From: Eledone cirrhosa
Lineage: Eukaryota
Direction of reading: 5' to 3'
NCBI GenBank assembly: GCA_964016885.1
Contig: OZ024742.1
Span: 213,528,001 to 213,592,000, forward strand
DNA length: 64,000 nucleotides
A model generated the notes under the pieces. The model had not been told where the DNA came from. It did no database searches and saw nothing but the letters and a program-made list of their open reading frames with translations. The translations under genes were made by a program, and so were the position numbers. This document shows, piece after piece, positions 27,235-40,282 of this stretch (position 1 is the stretch's first letter; every line of letters starts with the position of its first letter).

Positions 27235-27267
<33 letters not shown>

Positions 27268-27271
<4 letters not shown>

Positions 27272-27480
27272 AAGGCGGGTAAAATTCCCGAGATCCATGG
27301 ACGAGTTCTCTCCAGCGGTCTCTGTCCCTCATTATCGCTGCCATATCCTGCATCTCCAACAGACCAGTGTCTGTCCTTAGGGCATCAACATATGTTAACC
27401 TTGGTCTTCCTCTTCTAGTGTGTCCATGTAGGGGCTCCCAAAGGAGCACTGAGTGCAATGTCAACTCTGGATGTCGGTGA

Positions 27481-27483
<3 letters not shown>
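27268..27483 (-). mobile_element. RTE-type LINE 3' fragment
   Basis: Near-identical to 21665-21880. Confidence 0.8.
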
Positions 27484-27520
<37 letters not shown>

Positions 27521-27858
27521 AATGTGAAATGGGCAAAAATTGTCTGATACAGGCAAAAGGGTAGTACTAATGCTCTGATTGTTATGAAAATTTACACATT
27601 AATGTAAAAGGTGCCGAGGAAGCGACAGGTCTACTTGGTCTCTAGGGCAAAAAAACTGTCTTTTTCTATCGATTTTACCTCTCTATAGTTTCTTAGCTTT
27701 ACTCTCTCCGTCGCTCTTCCCTCTCTCTATAATAGATAATTCCCCCTCTCTATAATTTAACTGCTTTACTCTCTCTGTCGCTCTTCACTCCCTATATGAC
27801 AACACTGCAGAGAGAGATAGGCCGTTAGACAGAGAGAGATACAATTAAAGTGTTGGAT

Positions 27859-27921
<63 letters not shown>

Positions 27922-28274
27922 GACCATCAAACTTTAGTTAACTTTCAGTAACGTGTTATATATCTTTGATCTGTATTCGCTCGCATAGCACACACACATA
28001 CACACGATAGTTATATAAAGCTGAGCGTCGCGTGTGTGTGTGTATGTATGTATGTATGTATCCTACACACCACCCTATACTATTTAACCTAAAATACTTT
28101 TATATCCATCTCTTAGTGAAGCATTTCCAATACATTATACGTAAACAATGACATTAATTATTCGCTTTTAGCTCAGCATTTTACATTCAATGCCTCCCTT
28201 TTTTAATGCAACTTTTTATTGAAACGACTACGTGCTCTCAATTGTTCAGTATTTAACCTAAAATACTTTTACAC

Positions 28275-29250
28275 TGCTTCTATAGTATGCCTCCAGTGGT
28301 ATTGCGGCGACACTGTTACATGGCGGTCGTACGGCACACTCCGCATTCAAATTGCCTTTGGACATTGCAAACAAGGAGAATCCTACATGTAGAATAGATC
28401 GTGGCGACCCTAAAGCACATCTTCTTTCTGAGTGCTGCCTGATCATATGGGACGAGGCTACCATGTGTTACAAGGCGGCCTTTGAGGCTCTGGATCGAAC
28501 TCTCAAGGACTTGCGTCGGAACTCACGCGTCATGGGTGGAGCGACAGTACTGCTGGCTGGCGATTTCCGACAGACTCTTCATGTTATCACTAGAGGCACT
28601 AGAGCTGACGAAGTGAACGCATGCATCAAGTCGTTCTACGTATGGCAGTATCTCCACAAACTACATCTGACTACCAACATGAGAGTACATCTGCATGGTG
28701 ATGCAGACTCCATCGATTTCTCAAAACATCTACTGAAAGCTGGTAATGGAACTACACCTGGAGTGGATGAAGAGCATATCCGTTTGCCTTTTGGGAACTT
28801 TGTGTCAAACATTGATGAATTAATGTCATCTGTATTTCCAGATCTTGAATCACCATTCCATGATCACACCTGGCTGAAAGGGAGAGCTATTTTGGCACCA
28901 CACAATGCCACTGTTGACGTGATGAACCAAAAACTACTCGATCAGATTCCCGAAAATGAATCTCCTTCAAGTCGATTGACACCAATAAAATGTGACGACG
29001 CCGTCACCTACCCAACTGAAATCCTCAACAGTCAACTACCTCCATGACTTCCTCCTCATGATCTGAAACTGAATGTTGGTGTGCCAGTTATGCTGCTGAG
29101 AAACCTGGATGCACCAGAACTATGCAACGGAACGCGTTTAATCATCAAAAAAATAAGGAGCCAAATTCTGGACACAACCATTTTGAGCGGACCCGCTGCT
29201 GGCGTGACCAGGTTAATTACCCTTATGAGACTTAGTCCCTCTGATATCCC
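28275..29250 (+). pseudogene. Helitron PIF1-family helicase fragment
   Basis: ASSGIAATLLHGGRTAHSAFKLP, IIWDEATM, LLAGDFRQ, LTTNMR, RAILAP, PP*LPPH (in-frame stop at 29045), PVMLLRNLDAPELCNGTRL. Confidence 0.9.
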
Positions 29251-30042
29251 CTATGTTTATATGTGTTTGTTGTTATTGTGCTTGTGTATGTATTTATTTA
29301 TCTATTTATTTATTTCAGTACTATACGAACATGCCAGACAACAACACGACGGTAACATAGACAACATAGAAATTAGAATAATATCTAAACATAGAAATGA
29401 CCCAGCAGATAGGCAAATCAGAGAGGCCAGTGAAATAGAACACAGAAGGCCAAGGCTAAACAGAAAAAATGAATGGAATAACAACAACACCCAAACAAAC
29501 AACACTGACCTAAGAGAAGTATAAATAAATAAATAAATAAATAAATAAATAGATAAATAAATAAATACATACACAAGCACTATATCAACAAACACATATA
29601 AACACACACTAGTAAAGATAGAATACATTAACCAATACACAGTCACCCAAACACGAACACACATCAAACAAAACACTATACACACGCGCAAACGCATGCG
29701 CAAAGAAGACAAAAAAATAAACAAATAAATAAATATATAAACAGACTAAATAAAGATGGCGTAGACATACGATGCAACGGGAGGAAACAATAGCACCACT
29801 GACGATGTTGCAGATGTGCAACGAAAGAAGTTTGATTGACTATATATATATGTGTTTGTGTCATTATTATATCTGTATTGTTGACCGTTGGTCAGTCAAT
29901 GGTAACATTGAGGACCGAATAAATTAAATTAACCGATATAAAAGACACAGAAGCGAAAAGCGAAAACCAACCAAACAGTGAGTGTGTTCTGTTATTAATT
30001 CTGGCAATATTATACAAATATGACCCTCCCCAAGTATAACAA
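29251..30042 (+). mobile_element. PLE 3' end: GIY-YIG C-terminus + pLTR + HHR, with a short 5' inversion
   Basis: LYEHARQQH...DRQIREASEI...PRLNRKNEW at ~29320-29478; ~29255-29315 is inverted relative to ~29540-29600; HHR CTGACGA-tGTTGCA-gatg-TGCAAC-GAAAG at 29799. Confidence 0.75.
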
Positions 30043-30142
30043 TATTTGTTTCGACACACGATTTCATGTAAAATACCTCGCAAAACTATATATATATACG
30101 TATATATATATATGTATGTAGATATATAGATATATATGTATA

Positions 30143-30402
<260 letters not shown>

Positions 30403-30962
30403 TATAGATATATGTTTTTGGCAACGATTCACGATGTGTATATGCATTTTTTCTTCTAACTTTAATTTTATACCTAATTGTGTATGGTTGACGATATATT
30501 TAATCGATTTCCACGTGCTATTGAAATGCTGGGTAAATATTCTATACTTGTTGATCGCGAATAGATGGCTGTCGTTTATTTATATATTATTTCTTCATAG
30601 GTGCCTTTTAATCTTATAGCCTGTTTTAATTGGTTTTTTGTGTGGTTGATTATGCTAATTGGGAGAGGAAATGGTGTATATATCTTATAAAATGATTCTA
30701 TGGACATAATTTATAGTATATTGCTCTGATTATTTAATTTATTAATTCATCATTGAGCCACATCGTGAATAGTTGCCCAAAACATATATATCTATGACTT
30801 TGTCTAGTTTGTGTATATGTAAATCTTTATATTTGATAATCTCCCATAAGGTTGAGATACAATTTAGGCAATATTAGGCTGCGCTTTCTAGCAACCAGCC
30901 CATTCGCCGTAAGGCACCAGATGGCATAGGTATACAATACAACGGGAGGAAACATAATAGCA

Positions 30963-31002
30963 CCACTGCCGATGTTGCAGATGTACAACGAAAGATCTTT
31001 GT
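30963..31002 (+). ncRNA. Degenerate hammerhead, same family as 29799
   Basis: CA-CTGcCGA-tGTTGcA-gatg-TACAAC-GAAAG-AT-CTT^TG; palindromic AAGATCTT. Confidence 0.55.
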
Positions 31003-31202
31003 TAGACTATATATATGTGTTTGTGTCTATATTATATTTGTATTTTGGACCGTTGGTCAGTCAATGGTAACATTGAGAACCGAATAAATTAAATTAACCG
31101 ACATAAAAGACAAAGCAACGAAAACCAACCAAATAGTGAGTGTGTTCTGTTATTAATTCTGGCAATATTATTACACAAATATGACCCTCCCCAGGTATAA
31201 CA

Positions 31203-31270
<68 letters not shown>

Positions 31271-31278
31271 ATATATAC

Positions 31279-31366
<88 letters not shown>

Positions 31367-31372
31367 ATATAC

Positions 31373-31409
<37 letters not shown>

Positions 31410-31480
31410 TATATACATATATATATATACATATATATATATACACACATATATATATATATATATATACACATATATAT

Positions 31481-31539
<59 letters not shown>

Positions 31540-31745
31540 TATACATATATATATATAAAAGTATATATATATATATATATATAACGAAGGAAATGTGGTA
31601 AGGAACCAGGTGGACCATAACGCACCAAAGTACTCAATACTTGAGGTAGTAGAGTGGGTAATAGGAACCAGTAAGACCCCGACAGCTGAGCTCAAGCAGT
31701 TTCGGTCAACTGCCACTGCCAGGGTGACTAGCAGTAAACTATTGT

Positions 31746-34429
31746 ACAAAATATAATTTAGAGATATATCAGATGAAAGAGTGGTATTTAACTAATGTAT
31801 TGGTACGCGATGGGGCCCACCCACAGCCCCGGCGGATAGAATGGAGAAGGCGTCTCCCCGCGGGACGGCATGGGAGACGCGCTGGAAAAGCCACTCCAAC
31901 TCGCGGGGATCACACCTGCGGCTGGCCAGCTCAGTGCCTATGGTGGTGAGTACGGAGGTAGCCCTGGGGCTGAGGACACCAGAAGTCTCCACTGCCAGGG
32001 GAACGACCGCAAACCTGTCGGAGAGTGACCGGTATTTGAGGAGTTTGGCCCCCTCAGCCCCACGTGCAGCAGAACCTGGGTCAGTCGCAGACTGCACTAG
32101 GTTGCGGCTGCAGAAAGTGTCGGTGCAAGTGGCATCCCAGACGAGGGGTTTACCACCGCGGAACGGGAAGATGGTCATTCCATCTGGCCTTTTGCCGTAC
32201 CCTCGATCCAGCCCCACCGGTTCGAGCTGGGAAGGGAAGCCTGCAGCGTCCAAGCCATGCTTAATGACCTCGTTGAGGGCAGCATGACGTGGAATGCGGC
32301 CAGCACTGTGGAGACAGGAAAGCGGGTGGAGGCCGAAAGAATCCACGGTGGAACCGCAGCGACATTGGTGTGGCTGGCAGATCCGGAAGCCGAGCCTCAG
32401 GGAAACGCCGATTCGCAGGCTATGGTTGTCTAGCTACGTGCTATTTCGCCCCACTCCCCCTCGGCCTCCCCAGCTCTGGCGCTGACCGGGGCGGCCGGTC
32501 AGCAGCAGCCTTCGTCAAGGCCAATGTCTCGTCATCTGGACGAGCGCCCATTCCAAGCGTGCCCAGGACGTCACGCACCCCACCCTCAGGCACCCCCTAT
32601 CCTCCACCCACGTGGCAAGCGCCAATCGTTTGCGTGACCAGGTAAACGCAAAACTTATCATGGGTGATGTCTCGGCCGCACTCAAAGTTGTTGCCTCAGA
32701 GGACACTGTTCTCCAACCGACCGAGGAGGTCCTGGCTGCTCTGCGGCTCAAACACCCTGAGCCACCCACTGATCTCAGACCTATACCCCCACCCTACACC
32801 CACTTGCTCCTTCTGGCTACTGATGCAGATATCAAGTCCGCCATCAGGTCCTTCCCAGCTAGCAGCTGCGGAGGTGTTGATGGTCTCCGACCAGGCCACC
32901 TCAAGGAGTTGACATCCCCCCTCTCCGCTGAGGCCGGGCGCCGCCTTCTGATTGCAATTGTGGAGCTCACCAATAGGCTAATTCATGGTGTCCTCGGCCC
33001 TTACGCCCGAGACCTCTTTTTTTCGGCCAGCCTCACCGCTCTCAGGAAGAAATAGGGTGGCATACGCCCCATTGCTGTGGGCAATATCTTTCGGAGGCTG
33101 GCTGCCAAGGTCACCTGCAAGTTCGTCACACACGAACTGGGTGAGGAGTTTAGTCCGGTACAACAGGGTGTCGACGTGACCGGTGGCTGTGAGGGAGCCG
33201 CTCATGCAATCAGGCAGTTCTTCAGCAGCTGCCCATCGGTAGCAGCATTCAGGGAATCCAGGCACCTCAAAGTCAAGCTTGACATGAGGAATGCCTTTAA
33301 CTCTTTACGCCGAGATCATCTGCTCGAGGCCTGCCTCAGCCGAGCCACCTCTGCCTACCCGCTGGCCTACCTGTCATATGGAGCCCCGAGCATGCTGCTA
33401 TCCGCTGATACGGTCATACCCTCGGCTACTGGGGTCCAACAGGATGACCCTTTGGGACCCCCTCCTGTTCGCCCTTGGTATTGACCACATCGCCCGGAGT
33501 ATCACAGCCCCTCTCAACGTTTGTTATCTGGATGATGCTACGTTGGGCGGGCCCGTACGGACGGTCTGCCATGACCTTCAATCAGTGATTCCTGCACTGG
33601 CGGGAATCGGCCTCCAGGTCAACTCGGCCAAGTCGGTGGTGGTGAACGTCAGCCTCGATGCTGCTAGCTTTGCAGCCTCCGTCTTGGACGTGCGGTCCAT
33701 TCTCCGCCAAGTTCAGCTGACCCCCAAAGAGGATGTCCTCTTCCTCGGGTCACCGATCCACCCGCCGGCCATCCGGTCCACCATCAGGTCCAGGCTTCAA
33801 CAGCTCCAGACTCTCACGAGCCGACTGGGCTTGATTGACGTCACCCAGCTCTCTTTCTGCTGAGGAACTGTTTGGCCATACCGAAGCTCCTCTATACACT
33901 CCGCAGCGCTCCATGCTACATCCAGACATCTCTCCTCGCTGACTTCGATACTTGTATCCGAGCAGCAGCCGAGCGGATATGAAACGTCATGTTTGACGAC
34001 ATAGAGTGGCAACAGGCCACTTTACCGGTCAGGTATGGCGGCCTTGGCGTCTGGTCCCCGATCTCACTAGCTTTGCCGGCGTATCTTTCGTCGGTAACAT
34101 CGTGCCGCGTCCTCGTCAGCAGGGTTCTTCAAAACACAACAGAACCCTCTGTGTTCAGAGAACGTGATGCCGCCTGTGAGACGGGGGATCGGCTGGGACT
34201 TAGCCCAGTAAACCTCCCTCCTTCTTCTCCCCCTGTTGACGTCAAGTCCGCCCAACGCACTTGGGATGCCATCCAGTGCAGCCTGGCCTCATACAGGTTC
34301 ACGCTCCAGCTCGACCAGCACCGCCGTGCTTGTTTTCGTGCGGCCTCCAAACCCCACAGTGGTGCCTGGCTCCGTGCCCTGCCCTCCTTCTTCACTGGCA
34401 CGCAACTAGACAACCATAGCTTGCGAATA
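31746..34429. mobile_element. CRE-clade non-LTR retrotransposon with an internal inversion and 13-bp TSD
   Basis: RT on + (GVDGLRPGHLK, RPIAVGNIFRRLAAK, LDMRNAFNS, GVQQDDPLGP, YLDD); RLE on - (CRCG..HPLSC..RH..RPDG..WDATC..PLAVETSG); AGTAAACTATTGT at 31733-31745 and 34430-34442. Confidence 0.9.
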
Positions 34430-34692
34430 AGTAAACTATTGTCGTCTCATATTACAGACCTAGATGGGGGTAATTGTTTCGTTAGGGTATGAGGGAACCT
34501 GCCTAGGCGGGTTTCGTAGAGTTTTGGGGGTATTAGATGGTCAAATTACCCCGGACTTGCGCCTGCGCAAACCGGTGGGGGTGAATTGGGACTCACAAGG
34601 AAACGGATAAAGGATTCAAGAACACCCGCTTTGTCCGTTCCCTTGTCATTCAATTTGGATTGCCTCGGGAACATAACCTTATTATGTAAGAA

Positions 34693-34767
34693 GCTGTCTG
34701 ATGATCTCACGGCACTGCCTACACCGAAGAGTGTGGCCATTGTCGTCATTGAAATACGTATCACAGC
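34693..34767 (+). ncRNA. Hammerhead ribozyme
   Basis: GCTGT-CTGATGA-..ACGGCA..TGTCGT..-GAAAT-ACGT-ATC^ACAGC; palindromic ATACGTAT. Confidence 0.8.
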
Positions 34768-34819
34768 ATTATCATTAAAGGACTTTAACATCTGGAACTA
34801 CCGAAAACGATAAATGGAA

Positions 34820-35137
34820 AAGCCGTACTAAGAGTGAGAAATGAAATTTTCCATTTATCGTTTTCGGTACGCCCGGCCGACTAACTCACTCGATATGCAA
34901 ATTAGGCTGCTCAGCCGTTAATATGCATAAGGAAAGTATATACTTTCAAACGTTCAATCATCTGACAGGAAGGTATACGATGCTGACGATAGCTAATAAG
35001 CTTGAAACTAGTACATCGTTCCTGTATCAGTGTTGAACAAAAAGGCAACGATGGTTGCTAAACACTGTACGGCGTAATTCGGGCTGTTTGTTTACAAACA
35101 AACCGAACATTATAATAAATGTTCGGTAAAGCCATAC

Positions 35138-35182
<45 letters not shown>

Positions 35183-35253
35183 TGCATGTATGTATATATA
35201 TACATACTACTGTACGTCTGTATACATATATGTATGTACGTATACATACTTAC

Positions 35254-35255
<2 letters not shown>
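34820..35255 (+). mobile_element. Second copy of the ~426-nt HHR element
   Basis: Homologous to 13372-13790. Confidence 0.8.
34978..35018 (+). ncRNA. Hammerhead ribozyme
   Basis: CGATG-CTGACGA-tAGCT-aata-AGCTt-GAAAC-TA-GTA^CATCG. Confidence 0.87.
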
Positions 35256-35312
<57 letters not shown>

Positions 35313-35354
35313 GTGTGCGTGTATTATATTTGTGTGTATGTGTATGCCCCCCCC

Positions 35355-35396
<42 letters not shown>

Positions 35397-37171
35397 TGTG
35401 GTACTGCTATAATACTACTACCCTCATTATTATAATCATCACCATCGCCCCGACCATCACCACCGCCACCCCCCACCTCTTTCATCATCATCATCCTCTT
35501 GAACAACAACATGATTATCGTTATTTCTTTATACAGGCAGTCGAATTGAAGAAACGATATGACGCCACCCGAAAAACAAGCTCCCTTCCGTACATATTTG
35601 TCTTCTTAAATTAGGAGTTCAAACTATTCTGCGGTGTACTTAGTCTTTCATTATTCTGGAATCAATAAAAACGATTACTTGTGAAATAATGGAGTCTATT
35701 AATTTGATTTTACATCTTCTTGAAGTGTGGGGTCAAATGCCCAAAATTAGAAACCATTATAATTTGTTTCTGTTATCATAAATAAAATTCGTTATATTAA
35801 GTTATATGTTAGATATCATTATTAATTTCATTATTGCCTTTCTTTTCTTCTGGGTTCAATAAAATATATTATCAGTCAATTATTGGCGTTGGTTTAATAA
35901 TTTGCCTTGTGTCTGTGTTACAAAGCGCTATTCAACTGCTGAGATCTATTGAATTGTCTTTTCAAAAATGGGAAAGGATTTCATATGTTCCTAACAACAA
36001 AATAAGCTGAAAAATACTCTAGCCAATGTATATAGAATGATATCATTTCCATCGGTCGGGGTAGAACATATGGAGATGTGTAGCCAATGACAAGGCGAAG
36101 TAACATGCTAAGTTTGTAATATTTGATGAAACTGAATATAAGGATATTGTCAGTGGCCTTGATACTTGGCTCTTTCTCATCTTAACAAAACAGTTCCGAC
36201 ATGTGGTCATGTGATGTTTGCATAGACATGCACGTCTTGACGATTCCTGGAAACTACATAGCTATTCCGAGAGGTCTTTCTCTTTTGGACTAATACGTAT
36301 CATTGAATGAGAATTTTGAAACTTTTGGATTTTTTTTTATAGCAAAAGCAACAACAACAACAACAAAAACAAGTGTAGACCTAAAATTATTACCAACAGC
36401 CAGAGCAACAACAACCAAAAGAAAACTGAATGCAGAAATAATTATAACGACGATAACAACTGCTAGAATAGCAACAGAACTACCTAAAAATAATAACAAC
36501 TCAGAAAGACAATTTCGGCACCACGCCCAAAGTAGGCCACACCAAACAAGTTTGCCAGAATATAAATGCACACATGCTCACACACGCATACACACTACGT
36601 ACACATAACCTTTTCTGTTTTGCAACGAGATCGAAACGACCTCGTTGGAAGATGTCATTGTTATTGGTAAAGAGGAAAATTGAATCCTTCAAAAATAGAC
36701 ATCAGTCTGTCTGTCTATGCGTTTGTTTGTTTGTCTGTCTATGTGCCTGTTTGTCTGTCTGTATGTATGTATCTAACAAAGATAGAAGAACTCATAAGAG
36801 TCAACGGCCATCCGAAAATGTGTAAATATGTATATACACATGTACATATGTGTGTATATGTATATGTGTATATGCATGGGTGCATTCTTCTAGGAGAAGG
36901 CAACTCAGGGAACTGGGATAACTCCGACATAAAACGTGCGGCTCAGTAGTTACCGATGATGTTGATCTTTTCTTCTTTTCGGGTTATAGCAACCGTCGCT
37001 CAGAGAGTGGGATTGGCTCAGTGCACAGTCTTTCCTCACTTTAAAAATATCTTCACGCACAGGCATTGCACGATGGAATTAATTGATAATTATTAATAAT
37101 GGTATATCGTGCAATGGCCATACTCGATAACGAGGGGCAGCCATCATCATCATGTATGTATGTGTATGTAT

Positions 37172-37208
<37 letters not shown>

Positions 37209-38072
37209 TGTGTCTGTGTGTGTGTATGTGTGTGTGTGTGCGCGCGCGCGCGCGTGTGTGTGTGCACGTGTGTGTCTGTGTGTGCGTGTGTGTTCGACAC
37301 GCGGCTCTTCCGTCTGCCAGATAGATTATTATAGAACTTTAAATATGAGAATCTACCTAATCCAGCCATTATATTTTTTCACATAAGAAACAAAAATACA
37401 TCATTTGTATGTAGATAATCACAAAAGTATAGAGTTATAGATTTGAAGGTTTTAACTGTCTCGCTTACGGACTGAGAGTTCAGAATATGTTTTGGGTGGT
37501 CATTTTCATTGCCTGATCAAATATAATAAAGCGAATCAACTTTTATTGATAAAGATATATATGTACCATCTTGGTTGAGAAGTTGTGGATTTTTCAGCAG
37601 TTGGCCAACAATATTCTATTTATCATTAATTTTGGATGAATGGTTCACATCTGCTGGGCAACTGATCTCCATAACAGCGCATAGTTTTTGTTTTCTGCTC
37701 CAAATAACTATTACTTTTTATTTCTTTGTTTGTCTGCTTTTTGTTGTTGTTGTTGTTTTGTTTGTTTGTTTTTTGTTGAATGTTTCACCAATATTGAAGC
37801 GTATGAATATACTTAGCATCAGAAATGTCTTTATATCTGTATTTTTGTTCCTGGATAGTTTCTATTAATATATACCAATATATTGCTTTAGCAACAACAG
37901 CATGCTTCATAGGTAATAGCATCATAACGACTTAAGGATATTTTTTAGCAACACATGGGGCATGTCGTCCACAGATATGTGACATAATTGACATTTTTTA
38001 TCGCAACTTTGAGATTTTGAGATTTAAAGGATTTACCGTCTCTTTTGATCATTCGATATATATATATATATA

Positions 38073-38104
<32 letters not shown>

Positions 38105-38184
38105 GTAATAAAAATAAATGTGAAGACTAAAATCCAAAGAGGGCTCGATAAGGATAAATATATAAGAACCCTAGAGCAAGTATT

Positions 38185-38311
38185 TATTAAAATAACAGAT
38201 TAAAGTTTAAGTAAAGAATCGCTGCTTTCAACCTTAACGGGATCTTCTGAAACTCAGAAGATCCCATTAAGGGTAAAAGCACCGATTCGTTGCTTAAACT
38301 TTAATCTGTTA

Positions 38312-38320
<9 letters not shown>
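38185..38320. repeat. Imperfect ~62-bp-arm hairpin next to (TA)n
   Basis: TATTAAAATAACAGATTAAAGTTTAAG... pairs with ...CTTAAACTTTAATCTGTTATTTTAATA. Confidence 0.75.
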
Positions 38321-38391
<71 letters not shown>

Positions 38392-38395
<4 letters not shown>

Positions 38396-38871
38396 TAAAC
38401 GGAATAGAAAATGCTGACAAATTGTTCACAGTTGAAAAATGGTTTAATTAGGAATAAAAGAGTATTAGTGATTGTATGGGTTAGTATTCAGTTGTGGTTT
38501 TAAGTTTTTACCGGTTGCGCATTTCTAAATGCTTTTCAAAAATAATTTTGAGATAGAGTGTCCGTGCTGTTTGCTCTGATCTAATTAGTTTTGGGAATTT
38601 TACCTGTTTTTATGTTAAAAACAGGTAGAATTCCCAAAACTAATTAGATCAGAGCAAACAGCACGGACACTCTATCTCAAAATTATTTTTGAAAAGCATT
38701 TAGAAATGCGCAACCGGTAAAAACTTAAAACCACAACTGAATACTAACCCATACAATCACTAATACTCTTTTATTCCTAATTAAACCATTTTTCAACTGT
38801 GAACAATTTGTCAGTATTTTCTATTCCGTTTACCAATATATAATAACTTGTGTGTTACACCTCTATTCTTT

Positions 38872-38875
<4 letters not shown>
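38392..38875. mobile_element. Solo fold-back of the Neptune-like pLTR end
   Basis: 38392-38610 is the reverse complement of ~38617-38835; same sequence and ~38-nt tail as 8325-8592. Confidence 0.88.
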
Positions 38876-38947
<72 letters not shown>

Positions 38948-39175
38948 GAAACACACAGATACATGCGGACACACACATATACATGAATGCATCCGCACCC
39001 AACCGTGAGTTAAGGGTGCCAACTTCACCGATGTTGCTCAATGAATGACTGGGACAGACCAATCCGGTTGAACTAGACTGAACCAGTATCAGAGTTAAAA
39101 ATACATTATGAAGAGAGAAGAAACATTTAGATATAATTAGTAATAAAATGTATCATACCTAAACTGCTCCTAGAT

Positions 39176-39265
39176 TCCTCGACTACGTAGTTTCGTGGCA
39201 TAAACAAAAACAATACATCATAAAGATATAGAGTCCTTGCGAGGTCTGCCGACTTATCAAGAGGA
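39176..39265 (-). ncRNA. Hammerhead ribozyme with U3-A8 core
   Basis: Mirror of 39914-40003. Confidence 0.8.
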
Positions 39266-39913
39266 TACCTCATTTTACTAGTCTCAAGAACGCGTCTACA
39301 CGACGTGAGAAAGAATCCCAAAAGGCGGAGGGGGAGATAGTCACGCGATATAACGGTCGAGAAACAGAGCTAAGCCTCTTATAACCCCGAAGAAAATACC
39401 ACGGAGGCGGAGGGGGTATTTATATCGAAGCCGTAGAAGAGGTGGTGAAGGAGGAGAGAAGTATGAGTAATGGAAGCTTTCCAGCAGTCCCCACACCTCA
39501 AAGATTGCTCGACCAGAGGGAGTTATTAACAATATATTTAGAAACACACAGATACATGCGGACACACACATATACATGAATGCATCTGCACCCAAACGTG
39601 AGTTAAGGGTGCCACGTCCGCATGTATCTGTGTGTTTCTAAATATATTGTTAATAACTCCCTCTGGTCAAGCAATCTTTGAGGTGTGGGGACTGCTGGAA
39701 AGCTTCCATTACTCATACTTCTCGCCTCCTTCACCACCTCTTCTACGGCTTCGATATAAATACCCCCTCCGCCTCCGTGGTATTTTCTTCGGGGTTATAA
39801 GAGGCTTAGCTCTGTTTCTCGACCGTTATATCGCGTGACTATCTCCCCCTCCGCCTTTTGGGATTCTTTCACACGTCGTGTAGACGCGTTCTTGAGACTA
39901 GTAAAATGAGGTA

Positions 39914-40003
39914 TCCTCTTGATAAGTCGGCAGACCTCGCAAGGACTCTATATCTTTATGATGTATTGTTTTTGTTTATGCCACGAAACTACGTAGTCGA
40001 GGA
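39914..40003 (+). ncRNA. Hammerhead ribozyme with U3-A8 core
   Basis: TCCTC-TTGATAA-GTcGGCA..TGCCAC-GAAAC-TACGTA-GTC^GAGGA. Confidence 0.8.
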
Positions 40004-40091
40004 ATCTAGGAGCAGTTTAGGTATGATACATTTTATTACTAATTATATCTAAATGTTTCTTCTCTCTTCATAATATATATATATATATATA

Positions 40092-40282
40092 TAACGAAGG
40101 AAATGTGATAAGGAACCAGGTGGGCCATAACGCACCAAAGTACCCAATACTTATGGTAGTAGAGTGGGTAATAGGAACAAGTAAGACCCCGACGGCTGAG
40201 CTCAAGCCGTTTCGACCGCTAATTCTGGATGAGAATTAGCCGTCGAAACGGCTTGAGCTCAGCCGTCGGGGTCTTACTTGTT

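Larger units (their letters stand above)
25893..27240. mobile_element. Retrozyme-like non-coding element: ~558-nt monomer, more than one unit on each strand, joined head-to-head at 26620/26621
   Basis: The HHR repeats at 25966 and 26524 (period 558); TATTTGCTGGCATTGGCG repeats at 26622 and 27179 (period 557); no meaningful ORF; (TA)n flanks. Confidence 0.85.
38941..40075. mobile_element. Retrozyme-like non-coding element: ~593-nt monomer plus inverted arm
   Basis: ATATTTAGAAACACACAGATAC recurs at 38941 and 39534; ~39616-40075 is the reverse complement of ~39107-39565. Confidence 0.82.

Noticed and set aside
29081-29524. Apparent helicase-GIY-YIG fusion ORF
   Set aside because: Chance in-frame junction of a Helitron fragment, an inverted microsatellite piece and a PLE 3' end.
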